A DNA stretch of 64,000 bases from the NCBI GenBank assembly GCA_002633005.1, contig NMRA01000223.1, forward strand, positions 442,290-506,289, written 5' to 3'. Each line of letters starts with the position of its first letter. The stretch's first letter is position 1. The stretch comes from Phoronis australis. Lineage: Eukaryota > Animalia > Phoronida. Shown one piece after another: positions 12,831 to 27,369 of this stretch. The position numbers and the translations under genes are program-made. Under the pieces are notes generated by a model. The model made no database searches. It was not told the origin of the DNA and saw only the letters and a list, made by a program, of their open reading frames with translations.

Positions 12831-15800
12831 TTTGTTGGTCAATAAAAAAGAGTGCGGGTGGCCTGATGCCTTTTGTGGTACATCAGGCGTGCATAGGCCA
12901 CAAGGCCGGGCCCACTACACTTAGCACCTGATTAATTGGGACTCATGGGGACCCCACATCATCGGTTTCCTCATGGGTAAAATCTTACAAACTGGCCCTC
13001 TTTGTTAATTAATACAAATTACACTAAACTATTTTCAAAACTGCCAACTTTGACACCTAGCCCCCTTGGTGGTCTCTTAATCCAGTCACCATTCGCAGCA
13101 GGTATCGGCCATGATGTTGGTGGAAACATGCTGAGAATGTTGATTAGACAATTTTCCACATTAATGTACAAACAATACACCCCAATAGACATTAGTTTTA
13201 ATAAGGAGCTTTACAGGGGTTCCAAATTTTATTTGAGAAACCTCGATTGCCAAAAACGCAATTCTTGGTGTTTGAAACTAACACTTTGGATTTCTAACAA
13301 TTTAGACAGTTTTCAACGTAAGCAGTCAAAACTTCCACTATTCTATCAGTAAATGATTGTTCTTCATTGTGATAGCCAATTTTTTAGCAGAATTATTTTG
13401 GATTATGGAAAATATTTGAAAAATTAAATGACTGTGCAATACTTTTTTGAGTAGCATATTTTAAAAAACTTAATTGTACACTCAGGGTAGAAAGCAGAAT
13501 TATTCAGGGAACAGTTTGATACAAATATTATTGAAAAAAATTCAGTAACGCCCATTTAGCAGCTGAAAGTTTGACCCCTACTTATAGTAGGGGCCTACTA
13601 AAAGTCACAGCAATTTTCTAGTGAGTGAAAAATGTGTTAAGTGTTCGCATGACTTCAATCTTTAAAAATATCCATTAATTATGCCCCCCCCCATTCGCTG
13701 TAATGGTCATCATTAGAAAGAAGAACGATTAAATATTTTGCTGGCGTACTTTTCATCACATGCTAATAGATCATACTAGCTTGTGAAGACCACGAAAAAT
13801 GTCAACATTTCGCTCTTGCTGAATTTAGGCCATATTGGTTTGCTCACCCCTAACTCTGGATAGCCAGCTAGCTAGCTGTATGAAGACTATCGTCAAAATA
13901 TATTTAGTTAATACAGCTTAGCACCAAGGCTAAACTCTGCCTCTGGCTCTGCCTCTGGTCTGGAGCAGTGCCAGTGGAGTGCCATGTCATGCGAGTGCAC
14001 GAAATGTTTGGTCACGTCAATGATCAAATTGAACAGCTGCTTTAAACACTATCAATCTAGAGTGAAGTATTTACATTTTGCTTTTATAGTCCCCATTCTC
14101 CAAAACAACTTGATCGCCCATCGTCGCGAAATAAAACACAACTCAAAATCTTCTTTTCCAAACTATCAAATGGCGGATGTCGATGTTTGTCGCGGGAATC
14201 CCCTCGCGCGTAATTACGTCATTAACTCCAAGCACGACACCTACCGTCGAATAAGACATAAAGAGATTTTCCGATTCGGCACGACTCACCTATGTTGTAG
14301 AGAAATTGTAGTAAAACTGACCTGTTAGCGATGAGGGAGTCAGAAAATGGCAATAAAGCATATGGAAATTTTCAGATATACATCTATACCGTAACAGGGA
14401 ATTGTTAGTTGTCGTCTTGTTTTTTTCTAGAGTCAAGGTCCGTGATCACCCACCAAACCCGGCGTTCACACCTTCGGAATAATACGCTTCCAAGGAAGTC
14501 AAGCATGTCTAAAGATATGCGGGAATTTTCACCGCTCGTCCTTCTGGGCGGCTTGTACTAGGATGAAAGACAAAGAGAGTGCGGCGCCGGAATCAGGTGC
14601 AGTTATGATGACCGCATTGCCCGATGCGAGCAAGAACCACTGAATTAAATGCAATTATCCGACCATAAACTGTATTAAACATCTCTGACTGTACATAATG
14701 GCTTATTTTCAAAATGCATTTAACTTTCGTTACAAACGAACACCACGGCGGTATTCAGCTGGAAAAAAACAACCAAGTACGGTTTTGAATTTTTAAAAAC
14801 CAATGAACTAATAATCTAAAAACTACAACCATTGGGTACGATTGAAGATAAACTACCGCGCGTATTGATACTCTGATCAGAGTTAACAATATCACATGGA
14901 TTCATTTTTTAATATTCTTTCAATCTCGTTTAACTAGATTTTTGACCAGGAAACAGTTGTTGTGCCCACTCATTTTTATTACTGACAAAGAGCTAGAATA
15001 GTTGTATAGTCAGTGCCACCGAAATTGTCCAGAGATTCCAAATCTTCAGTTTGGTTGTCTCCATATTTGCACTTTTGTATATATTTTGTGATTTGAGTTC
15101 TAATAAAGATTAAACTTTAATGACACGTGAAATGTTTAGTGTACCAGTAATGTGGTAAGTTTAGGGATGGGCCCACAATGAACTTATTAACTAATTAAGT
15201 TTAGATGGCGATCAAAATCTACCACTGTTTTAGTGCTTCAACTTCAAAACTTAGATAAAAAGTTATCAACCAGTTCCAGGTAAGAAAAAAAAAACAAGTG
15301 GTCAGAAGCATTAAAAATTAAATAAAGAACATCAATTTGAAACTTATCGTTCCTTTGAGAAGTGGCCCTTTGTGAAGATAAACACAAGTTAACCTTTTTA
15401 GTCATTTTGTAATATTTATAATGTACCAAGTTAAATCTACTCTCCAGAGTTGCAGGCTACAACTCTGCAAATGTCAGAGAAAACCGAAATGGGGGTACTA
15501 AAAACAACTATTGTTGAGAAAGTAATGCCAGCAATTACCTTTCCACTTCATTAGTTCAGATCTACATCAATACAAAGGGCCTGCTGTATAGGCATCGTAA
15601 AAGTTGTCTGGGGCTTAGGGAATCAGAGCGGTCACCAGTGTAAGCGGGCGCGAAATTCTCCACCGGCTATCGTGAACCTCGAAGATCATGGTCACACAGA
15701 CGCAATGATGCACTTTCAGGAAACATTTAACAATGCAACTATCCCTCATGTTCAGATGTAAGATGTTTCGTTATTTATCTAGTGTTTTTCTTAGTTTTTG

Positions 15801-16916
15801 TCAATCATCCTCAAAACGGCTAGAAATTTCACTGAGCAGTACTGAAGTGTCCAAGGCGGCGGCCCGGGTCTTTGTGTTTTGTTTCAGGAGGGACTCATAC
15901 GCCTGTGGATTGTGCAAAATCAATTTACAAGATGTACCGCATATTTTTGCTTGGCCCGGCATCGAGTGCAGTACTATACATGAGCGAAGGAGTATGAATT
16001 GAGTTGGCCTTATAGCCTCCATCAGTCCCGGACTGAATTCATGGAGGCTATAAGCCGACTCATTTCAGGTGTCTGACGACAGGCCAGCCGACATTTGAAT
16101 ATCATGATACATGGAGTTATTACGGCCGTGGAATTCACGGTAAGTGGGTTTAAATCTATTTCTTGATGTCAACATTCAGCGCCGCTGAGAATAAAACTAT
16201 ACGTGCAGGGGTGCCGAAATCACCATCTATCATGACACGACCACAACTAATTGTCACTGAGCTAGTATGAAAACATATTGTGAACAATATCACTAGCCTG
16301 CTAGCTTTTGGAAACACTATACTAGACTATACTAGCTTTAACCAACCGGGGCTTCAAAATACACTGTTTAATTCAATAAAAGCACTTACAATATTTCCCA
16401 AGTTTCTGTACCGCCACCGCTGATCAGCCAGCTAATGTTTGATCAATTTAAAAAGTAAACGTAATATAATCAACGTCAAGCCGTAGCTCAATAAAGGGAT
16501 TATCGATCGAACTTTTTACGTTCTATATATAAGTATTCAAAGTGTACTTTGTGACGATGCAGTCACATCCGATTTGACGCCTTGTTGTCAGTGTGCCGTC
16601 TATATCGATTAAATAACGTTTTAGTTGATTACAATATTTTAAATAACTGCGAAGTCGGTCGACGTGATTGTTAATTGGTTATGCCCATTGAGAAGTCCTG
16701 TTGGTAAGCCTACTAGAGGCCTGCCGAGGTTCGTCGCTTTCGTAAAACAGAAGGTAAGCATACATGTACATTTAAGTGGACATTTTCTGATTCGATAACG
16801 TGTCTCGTTTTGTTTCTTACTCGTTTTAAAGCCTATAATTGCAAACACGACTTTTCAAAGTTTCTTGGCTTTTTTAATTCAATATTTGCAGGCGCCACGT
16901 CTCCGACATGTGAACA

Positions 16917-19900
16917 ATGAGTGTTAATCAGTGGATTACGGATCCATTTGCTCACGATGCTCTGAGACAAGGTGGGTTAACTTCGTAGACCAAGGCATTT
17001 ACTGAAACAGATCATTATACATATATGATCCATTTGCTATTCCGCTTACTAGATAGGAAAGCTATGTACATTGCCTTATTGTCGTTCTATCAAGGCTGTA
17101 TAATAATACGTGAATTCAATCGGGATTCGTTTTCACGGTGAGGTCATCAGAAACTAGTCGCGAAAACGCCAATTCACCTAGAATTTCAAAGTGTGGTAAA
17201 CCTCAATAATCATGAGGTAATTTTCCAAAAATCAAAGTCTGCGTAAAAAGCCTATCAGAGATTTCCAAAATGCAAAACTGTTGACAAGTGACCATAAAAT
17301 GTTGCTTACATTCTCCACGTATACCCTATATGCAAGACGCTCACGAATGGACCCGCCTTATCGAACCGGTGTTCTGTTTCCTGTTAGGTGAGTGGGAGTA
17401 CTTCGGAAATTCCTAATTGTATTTAGAGATTTTTCAAAAGCAGATTGCATGGTTATTTCATAAAATGCACTTTAGAAAATTTATGTAAACGTGTTTCAGG
17501 GTTGGAAAAACATGTTAGTGTTTACGGTTCAGGAACTGTGTTAAACTTCAAATAACGCGAGTCATGACCTTTCACTTCTCGGACAAAATATTAACATATA
17601 TTAGTGATCATTCGGAATATTGGTAATTGTTGTTTCAGCATCGGACTATTATCAAAGACGAGCCAAACTTTTCCTAGTGGTCCAGCTTCTCGTCTCCTTT
17701 GTTGGTTTCGCCATCGGCATAAAGGCGCATGTCTTCGTAGAGAATTTGAAATCAGGGGCATTTTGGTCTCACACAGTGGTAAGTTGTTTTCCATTTGAAA
17801 TAATAAAGTGTCGCGCGTTTTTACGAAAAGAAATGGGAGCTCTTAATTTGATATAACGAAAGTAACTTTAAGTTGGAATTGGTGAAAATATTTTATAGAA
17901 CAACCCGACTTGATTGTTTTCACGGACTAGCCAGAAACTATGCGGAACCGTAAGCAAGCGAGAGATAAAATTACTCTTTGAGTATACAAATCTAACAAAA
18001 TCGACAAAAGGCTTTGAAATATTATACTGTTGCTATTTATTTCCTATATAACACGGGTGATGTTTTGACATTCGCTGGCCATTATCGGACTTATAAACAA
18101 AAACAAAACCAGGGGCTCCGTCTAAGTTTATTTTGGCGATGTCGATATAATACTAGACATTGGTATACAAGAAATACAGTGATGAAACTATTGTTTCGTT
18201 GAGTCACATTTTACCCACTCATACCTAAATTACAGACGAATTGTAAAATTACACCCCGTCGTTATGAATCAGAACAATTGGATTGTGTTCCGAAGACAAC
18301 GTTTCTTTCGACGATATCGAGATCACAAAAGTCTTTGCGAGATATCGCCATGCATTACAAACGAAGCACATGATGACGCCAACTTTGTTCGCGAGTGTCT
18401 TTGGTTTTCAGAACGTAGTCCCGGTAGCCATTTTTGTCTCCCTACAAGTCATTTCCCCCATAGTGACATGTTATTCTGTTAAAAATACAATAAACTCCGA
18501 CCTCGAACAAGCTTAGAAGTAATTTAAAGAAAATCACGCATAGCATACAGCAACACTAGCTATTTTACATACAAATATTATTTTGTCTCCTGGTGAAAAT
18601 AATACCCGGATGTTATAATGAGTGTCTGTACTCATTTAAGTATCCATTTTAGCGTAATGGAGATTTTATAGCCATAACTAATTGTTATTTTGATGCTGCT
18701 TTGACTCAGCAAGAAAGACAACTTTTGATGTGGACTTAATTAAAAAGTATCGTTGATCACAGAGCAACGTTTCCAATAAATCTATCTATTTCGGTTCTAA
18801 AAATTTGACCCCTTAAAACAAAATGTAATTCCTACAAATACACATTCGTCATGGGGCGTTAGTGTTCCTCACTGGCGTTTCGGGCCTGACCAGAACCAGC
18901 TAATGAAGCTAATAATCACATCTTTCCATTTCAGCCACCACTAGCTGTGGCATGTCTGCTTGTCGGAGTTCACAACAAACGCAGCAAATACTGGATAATT
19001 GCTGGACTATTGTTTGAATGTGCATCAATGGTGCTATGTATAACCGGATGTGTACTAGATGCGATGATGGCATCGAATGTTGCAGTGAGTGTCTAAACAC
19101 GTGTAAATGTTTATTTTAGCGGACTGAAAATTTTACAACAAATTAATAGCCATATAACGCTAATTTCTGTCTTTCTTGTTTGTTACGGTGTGAGACTTGT
19201 TTCCATTCGTTTCGTATAACATTGTCTTATATGTTCGTACGACAATTCCTAAAAAGCGCATTTTCGTGCACAAGTTTTTGGTTATTTTATAAAAGATATA
19301 TTTTACTCTCCTTTTCTAACCCTATCTTGCTCACTCAGACCCCAGCCACGAAACGACGGTGGTATGCTCGCCCAAGACCTATCCCCAGCACCCGGCCCCA
19401 ACCTGCTTATTAATCAATCTAACCACAGTCGCTTATTTGAGGAAAGAACCTTTCATTTCCGTAAAATAGACTCTGTGTTCCGGTCGCTCTCTTATAATTA
19501 CAGCACACCAAGGGTACGGAAAATGTCGAAGTGACGCTTCCGCGAAGACCGGTACCGACCATTAAAATACCTGGGATTTCCGTTATGACGACTGAAAGCA
19601 GATGTAATTTAAAACCACGCAAAAATCGTTAATCCAATTACCTATGAGTATGGAATGATTTTTGTACTTAGCACCAAAATGTTTCATTATTGGCAAATCG
19701 ATTAAATTGATGACAGTTACACGATTTCTTATACGGCGCAGTCGTTTGACATTCTTTTGGGAAACAATCCATCGATACATGTATAACACACATAATGGAG
19801 GCAGATACTGTATTTGTTCTAGGGCGCCGGGAGGGCACAAAAATTGGATGCAGGTCAACTTTGCTTGGAATATAGTAAAGGGAAAACCTCTGAATTTCAA

Positions 19901-22900
19901 CGACATCTCACCAAATGCATTTATTGTGCAATGTTAACGGATTCTCGTTTAAAACACAGTCGCTGTCGGGTTTCTTCATCCAAAAATCGAACTTTTAATT
20001 CAGACCATTTGTCGTTTTCTGGTTTCAACTTGCTACCGTGTTTGGAAGGAGGTGATCTTTCGGGTTTTTATTATAGACCATGATACTAGTCAACTGCTGA
20101 GTTGCCTTGTCACAGGTGATCATTTCAGACCATCAACAGTGACAGTTCCTGTCAATCCCCGAAACCGTTTCTCAGAGTTTGGAAAATGCTGAGCATAGAT
20201 TTATAACGACAATTGGTTTACATTCAACAGTTTTTTTGATGACACGCACACAGACTTGTCCACTATCTTAAACCATTGGCGTATTAGTGACGGCGCTAGC
20301 TAGGAGAAGTCGATGTTTCATGGCATTTCGCCAGCAGGTTGCAGGTGCCCTGGTTAAGTTGTAATACACCAAGGATAACTGTTTTATTATTCAGAAAACA
20401 AACTTTGGAGAATGTGGGTTCAACAGAGACAAGAAACATAACAAATGCGGATATATTCTTGGAACGCATGGCCTAAAGGAATGTCTCATGCCCAATGGTG
20501 CCTCAGAATGTTTTTGTTGTGACGTCTATCGGCAAAACGAATGTCGGAAGTGGGGTTACAGGTAGGAGACCAAGCAGGTATATGAAAAACATTCATGACA
20601 TCTCAATTCCTAATCAAACAATACACCGGCTTGATACTGATTAGAGTAACATTTTCATAGCCTAAGGGAGGAAAACGCAAAAATGCCATTATAGACCATG
20701 CTGTGGTATCTAAAACATCAACCATCNTTATAACGACAATTGGTTTACATTCAACAGTTTTTTTGATGACACGCACACAGACTTGTCCACTATCTTAAAC
20801 CATTGGCGTATTAGTGACGGCGCTAGCTAGGAGAAGTCGATGTTTCATGGCATTTCGCCAGCAGGTTGCAGGTGCCCTGGTTAAGTTGTAATACACCAAG
20901 GATAACTGTTTTATTATTCAGAAAACAAACTTTGGAGAATGTGGGTTCAACAGAGACAAGAAACATAACAAATGCGGATATATTCTTGGAACGCATGGCC
21001 TAAAGGAATGTCTCATGCCCAATGGTGCCTCAGAATGTTTTTGTTGTGACGTCTATCGGCAAAACGAATGTCGGAAGTGGGGTTACAGGTAGGGGACCAA
21101 GCAGGTACATGGAACACATGCATGACATTTCAATTCCTAATCAAACAATACACTCGCTCAAATCGGCTTGATACTGATTAGAGTAACATTTTCATAGCCT
21201 AAGGAAGGAAAACGCAAAAATGCCATTATAGACCATGCTGTGGTATCTAAAACATCAACCATCATCCATTGTATTCATTTGGTCTTTGAAAGCAACGACG
21301 TTTGTTTGAATTGAAATAAGTTACAACGGCTTGAAATTCCCTTGACGGCTATAGACTGCCTTGGCCGTGGGACTAATACTAACCCGCCGTGACAGGTGAC
21401 GTGAATGTGCGAGATCTGAAGGAATGACAACCTGTCCGTTCTTCTCAACTTCAAGGAATTAATTCTAACTTGACAAAGGAATGACACGGGAATGAATTGT
21501 TTCAAATACTAGAAAGCGCGGAGTAATTGTTTGCGCGTTTGTTCCAGACATGGCACAAACAAAATTTCCTCTTCTTTTAGAAAATAAGTGACAATGAGCA
21601 GAAGTACACTCGTACATTGTTTTCGAAAATTTACTTTATAAATATTTCAAATACGTTCAAAATATGTGAATTTTATGGTAGCGTTTGCAACCACAAAATG
21701 AAATTAGTAATTCCTAATTATTTCAATATAACGACATTGAAACGCATTATAAAACAGAACATTTTTCCAGGCTATAATTATAGTTATTCTGTTTGCAGTT
21801 TACACTCGCAGCCAGACCGATATGGGGGCGTGACCTCGTGCGATGACGTGTCAGGTCTCTATAAGGACCTCCTGTGGAGTTCCATGTCGTTTTGTATTAT
21901 CAACTTCGTGACGTCAGTCATTATTTTGGCTACCATAGGACAATTTGTAAATACGCGAAAGGTACGTGGGACGTTTTATAAATTCATTGAATCAGGGCGT
22001 TTACCATTGGATTGCGAAGATATTGCAATCAGGCAAATTTTGAGTTATACGAATTGTGAAATGCGATAAGTGAAACCCAGTACCCACTAGCGAGAGGCAA
22101 ACTATAGAACTTTAATCGTTTTAGTCTTTTTGGGCAGTTTTGCAACCACACTACATTCAGCTAGTCTCACCATTTCAAGTGAATTCCGGAAAGATCTCCG
22201 GGAGCGATACATTCTTAGACTAATGTCGGCGAGAAAAGTAATTTTCTGAAATCAGTCTTATCTCGGATGGAACACCTGCTGACGCAGCCCAAAGCTACTG
22301 GCAAGACAAAGCTTCTCGATAAGTGACGATTTTAACTGGTAAATTCACCGGTCTTATTGATTTCAGCGATTGTCTGACGGACAACGGCGGGAATTGGCGA
22401 TTTGTAGAAAAATCACAAAACACTACGAATTTTTGTGTGTTTTTTAGCTTTGGTAGAAGCTGACTTCAAGAAATCTATACCATCGAACATGAATCCTCAG
22501 AAATTCGTTTTCTGTTGAAAAGCCGACAATGTCCTTTTAAAAAGGCACACTACCACTAAGTTTGGAGAAATTAAAACATTGGTCAGGAATGTGAAAGTCA
22601 AGCACTTTTTAAAATATAATTGACGTTCAAAATAAACTGACTAAATTGTCCTAGCCTCGAAAGCGAATTTACATTTTCACTTCTTGAAAATCATTGACTC
22701 GTAAGATAAAAGTTGGTTCTAATCTGAACTCGTCAGCCTTGTTCTATTTTTATTGAAAAATATCTATCAGTCTTGAAGTCAATATGGTGCACGAAACATT
22801 CGCGGGCGCAGGTCCAGGATCATCACTTGAGGGTATATGGCCTGGACCATGAATTATCGTTAGACCTAGTTTCCTCAAGCGCAGTGACCCAGCAGGGAGG

Positions 22901-24284
22901 TCTGCACCCCTAACTACATTGTTTTTGTTTGCCTTTTCAGCAATTAGCCTGCTCCAATCCCACTCAGCACTCCGTTGCACGAAGGCGGAGATCCAGCGTT
23001 TGCGCTTTGGTACCCTACCCACCCGGGCCACCCTGTCCTATAGACATGTACTCCTCGGGGATTGTGGTATACAGGACAAACCGTGGCGAGCAAAGTACGT
23101 ATGTAATTATGGTATCTCTAGAAATCCTCAAGCGTAACGAAAGAGGCGAATGGGACTTTTTCTAATTTTCACCGGTGTTTGATCGATTGCATGTAAAATA
23201 TCGTTCTGATACATTGATTTCGTTGAGCAGCTTGGATTGAGCTGTGAATCACTTTGAGACAAATAAGATTAAATGGCCGCCTCACAAGTAGTCATGGCGA
23301 AACTACATGTCTGTCTTTCAAAATTAAATTAAAGATTTTTCACGACGGGAGGAAAATTTTGAGTTTTTGACTGTTTCAAAATTGGGAAAAATTTCAAATG
23401 GGTGTCGCATAGGAGGAGGAAACTTTTGTTCAAAAGCCTCAAACGATGGAAATGTGGTCGAGCATTTGAATGCGTTGAATCCCTTTACTCCAACGTCAGC
23501 GGCTTCTATTAAGCGTCAATAATTTTCTGAATGCGATGATCGTGAAAAGTAATAAATAAATTATATGCTAAAAAGCTGCAGATCCACATGACCATTAGCC
23601 AGACAATAGTTGTGTACCTGTTCCACTGACACATTCTCACATGAAAGTGATATTGATTAAAAGTAAAAATAATTAATGACCTTGGCCTAATAACCGTTTG
23701 TTATGGTCATCGAGTTACCATACGGAACCGGTGTTATATCTGTTTTTGCTCCCAAGCGTGCTGTTGTTGAGACAACGAGAAAACAAACGAAAAATACTTA
23801 GCGAAGTGGAAAATTACTGTGGAAAATTACTGTTCAGGATGAGCTCACTGCCAGGTGTAGAAGGAGGGAAAGGGAGGGGTTGGGATGGAGGCGGCAAGGG
23901 AGGCTGGAATAGGGGGAGGGAGACGCGCAGGGGGACTGAGGTCGCCACCGAGGTTTAATGTCTTACAATGCTAACACACAAGTTGGTTATTCAATGAATA
24001 TCCGCATGTCGATTCAAATGCGTTACCTGCAGGTCGGAATGAGCTGGTTGTAATTTTAGGGAGATCACGTACTGAACCATTTTACACAGACGTACTGACA
24101 GGCACTTATATTTGCCACAGGGTTCCCATCTCGACACGTCACGGCTCCCGGAGAGTGCTTACATTTACAGCCACCGCCTTACACGTCTCGACCAAACGTA
24201 CGCGAGGTCGATACACCGGACAGTTGTAACGTTGTCCGATGGATGGTGTACGACGACCCACCCCCGGCCTACTCAGTCACGTGA
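16917..24284 (+). CDS. TMEM255: TMEM255 (FAM70)-like four-pass membrane protein, ~330 aa; exons 16917-16971, 17639-17778, 18935-19084, 20395-20561 (duplicate 20922-21088), 21799-21961, 22941-23094, 24121-24284
   Basis: Phase-consistent GT-AG exons total 993 nt. The protein has four hydrophobic helices, a Cys-rich loop with CFCCDVY, then GVTSCDDVSGLYKDLLWSS (cf. TMEM255 CFCCDLY / VSSCQDIIHLYHLLWS). The C-terminus has PPPY and PPAY motifs. A non-coding exon donor AAG|GTAAGC lies at 16754 with its acceptor at 16891, and AATAAA is at 24395. Confidence 0.8.
19269..19501 (+). repeat. Interspersed repeat, copy of 4801-5070
   Basis: Long shared blocks, e.g. CCCAGCCACGAAACGACGGT and TTTCCGTAAAATAGACTCTGTGTTCCGGTCGCTCT. 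Confidence 0.75.
20201..21263 (+). repeat. Near-identical tandem duplication (20201-20726 / 20728-21263) joined by a single N; probable haplotype-overlap assembly artefact
   Basis: Both copies start TTATAACGACAATTGG and end AACATCAACCATC. The N is at 20727. Differences are limited to a few SNPs and a ~10-bp indel in the intronic 3' part. Confidence 0.9.
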
Positions 24285-27200
24285 CTTGCAAACCACGAGA
24301 AAACAATGGCCGCTGGTGAAGCTACATACATGTACTTTGGATTTGTGAGGTTTAGAATAGGAATGATTCCAAGACGAAGTTATTATCTCGGTCAAATAAA
24401 TTTTTGAATGACAAAAATCATTCTGGAAAACCAGCTGCATTTTTTAGACCCGGCAGTAGACTTCATTTGCCAGTTTTACAAAATTTCCAGCCCCTTTTAC
24501 AAATTGGGAAATTAAGTCTGTCTTAAGTCGAAAGACTACAGAGGTTTCCGGGCCAAGACGATTTTTCATAATTTGGTACTTTCGCGCAGTTACTCATCTG
24601 CTGATGTTGACTGATCTGCTCAATAATCCCATATACTACTGCAGTTAGTGCAGGAGATGCTGCTAGCAAGCCAAATCCGCGGCGCTTTGCAAAGCGAAGG
24701 GAGTAAGTTTGCGCACAAAGGCAGCGAATGTTTTGTGTAGGCTACTAAGCGCTGTTCATGCAGTCTCTGCTCACGGGCCCGTCGCAAAACTGTAGCTAAC
24801 AGAATCAGTATTCATTTCGACAGAAACTAACCAGCCGAGAATCTGAACAAAGACCAACATCAGTTTATGACATTCTGATGATGGGCAAGTAATGAACGGT
24901 GTGACTGGGATCGATTTATCTGTGATAAAGTGACGGAAATTTACCGTTTACTGATTTGTGCTATGATCAATATTTAAGAGCGTATCAATACCTGAACACA
25001 GTGACCTCAAAGGGGTATTCGCCACTGTTTAGCTGTCGACGATGAATTCTTAATCGAAGTGCTTTTTAAACCCCAAAACAATATACCACCGCTAATCCGA
25101 TCTCAGTTGAAGTGTTGCCGAATCAGCTGACAACTAGTCACAGGCAATACGTGTATGCACCATTTTGGAAGAAGTTATTTTAGGATTGGCCAACCCCAAC
25201 GACCTCTGTAGCGTTTTCTTGAGTCGCTGATGGTTTCTATGATCTTGTTGATAAAGTAAATGGCGAGTCCCATCTGGGCAAGGAATATTTTGCGACTGAT
25301 TCTTAAGAGTAAAAGGCAATTCGCCGTTTTTCATTTATTTAACCAGCTCAACAGGGCGAAATGCAGCTTTAGGAGAAGTGGCACTGTAGCAAAGACGGTG
25401 ATTGCTTTGACCAACTGTTTAACCAACTGTGTTGTAATTGTTCACCAGCTCAATTGTGGATTGATGAATATAAAATTTGCAGTAAAAGTTTTCATTTTCA
25501 TTGTAACAACAAAACATGTTCACGCTGTCAAAAACAGACCTGTTCACACGAGCCTTCTTGCGTATTTCTTTCAGATTTTTTCGCAACTTTTCATTCCAGT
25601 GAACTTTCAAGGTTGCAGAAAAACTCACATGAAGGGCCTAATGGCACAGAAATATAGTGTGGTAAATTTCTTGTGAAACGAAATTTTTGTGTGCAAATCA
25701 CTTCCGTGAAACGGACACCTGGTTTAAGGTAATTTCCAACCTTCCGTTTAATTCTTTTCAACAATGCAATGTTCACATATGAGGTATAATTATACCTTCA
25801 TTTTTCATTGCTTCCCACAACATTTCTATAAATTAAATTCGTAATTTACCAGCCAAATATGCAAATATGCTTCAATTGATTTCAATTACCGAATTATATG
25901 GCAAATCTTTATCGACCATTCCAGGCCTTTTGATTGTCGAAGCTTTCAGCAGTTTTTCACATCGATCTTCCGTGCATGGATATTTTCGCATGAAATTTTA
26001 TTCATATTTCATGGTTCACGGAAACGCGTCAGAATATTCATTTTCCTCCTAAAATGGATATATCGGCCGCCAAAAATGAAATTATTTTAAAAATTGAATT
26101 CAATGGCTGAAATCTGTTGTTTAACGGTAAATCAAAAACTGAGGCATGGTTCCCTGCGTATTGACACTACGAGTTTATATTTACACACGGAGAAAGTCGC
26201 TCGCAGCATGGATGCTTTAGCAATTCACATTCACTGCAAAAGAGGGACAATACCCAGTAAAATGATGGCCATGTGACTATAAACGATTGAACGTTTTAAG
26301 GTATACAATAAAAAATTCGGTCAGAGAGGATTCTGAAAATGTGTGCTTCTATAGGTTTAAAATGGACAGGAAATATACAACATGTATAGCTTGCCAGCCT
26401 TGCAAGTTCCCAATGCACTGAAATTATGCACTTCCAAACCCTTAGCTTACTGCACATTTCCAAACATATTTTACACAAAACTGTCACTAATTGACTATTC
26501 AACAGAGAATATGATTGCACATATTGGGACAGCAACAGTTAAAACTATTGAAACAAAACCTTCAAATATGAGGTTGGTATAAATAGACCAAATGGTGAAT
26601 TAGCGCTACATAATTCTCAACATTTTTTAATTTTCCAAATTTTGGTGAGCAAACAAACCAAACTATAAACCTGCTGCACCTTGTCAAAAACACAATTTAG
26701 ATTTACGGTAATTCTTCACAAGAATTGGAATGACACTTGAAAACTAAAGGAAAATTTTCCATGTGACCAATGGTTTTACAAATAAATAGGCTCATGCAAG
26801 AAACGTCTTTTTTGCATGAATAACGTGAAAATGATTAAAAAAGTGGAAACTTGAAAACAAACAAGAGGAAATTGAAACCAAAAAAGAGGAAACACTCTTA
26901 AAATAGGAAAATTCCAAGCCCTCTCTTCAGTTATTTCGCACAAAATTGCCGCTTTTCAATTTTTCAAAGGCCGATTATCTTACTTCAAATGATCAAAATT
27001 CCCCAAATGTTGCTTACCCACATATACACAATGCAAACTAAACTTAAATAGACTAATTTTGTCTCGAGAAAATTGTCAAAATAAATTACCATATCCCACC
27101 ATATTATGTGCTGGATAGGTGACTTAGTTCAGTCTTATCTCATTCTTACTTGGATTAGAAAAAAATTAGACTTGAAGAAGCAACAGATACATCTAAGAAG

Positions 27201-27369
27201 CAACAGATACATCTATGTCGTTATTGGCCCATTCAGGTGTTATATAACTACCCTTAGCCAATAACAGTTTTTCTTTAGACCCCTTGTAACACTGGGTTTA
27301 TGTAATCATGTTTTGTTGACATGGAGAGTGTGAGTGTGTGATGTACCATTGGGGAAGTGTCTTTGACTA

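Noticed and set aside
25134-25776. Overlapping medium-length ORFs between TMEM255 and SELENOT
   Set aside because: No recognisable domain or consistent exon structure was found in any frame.
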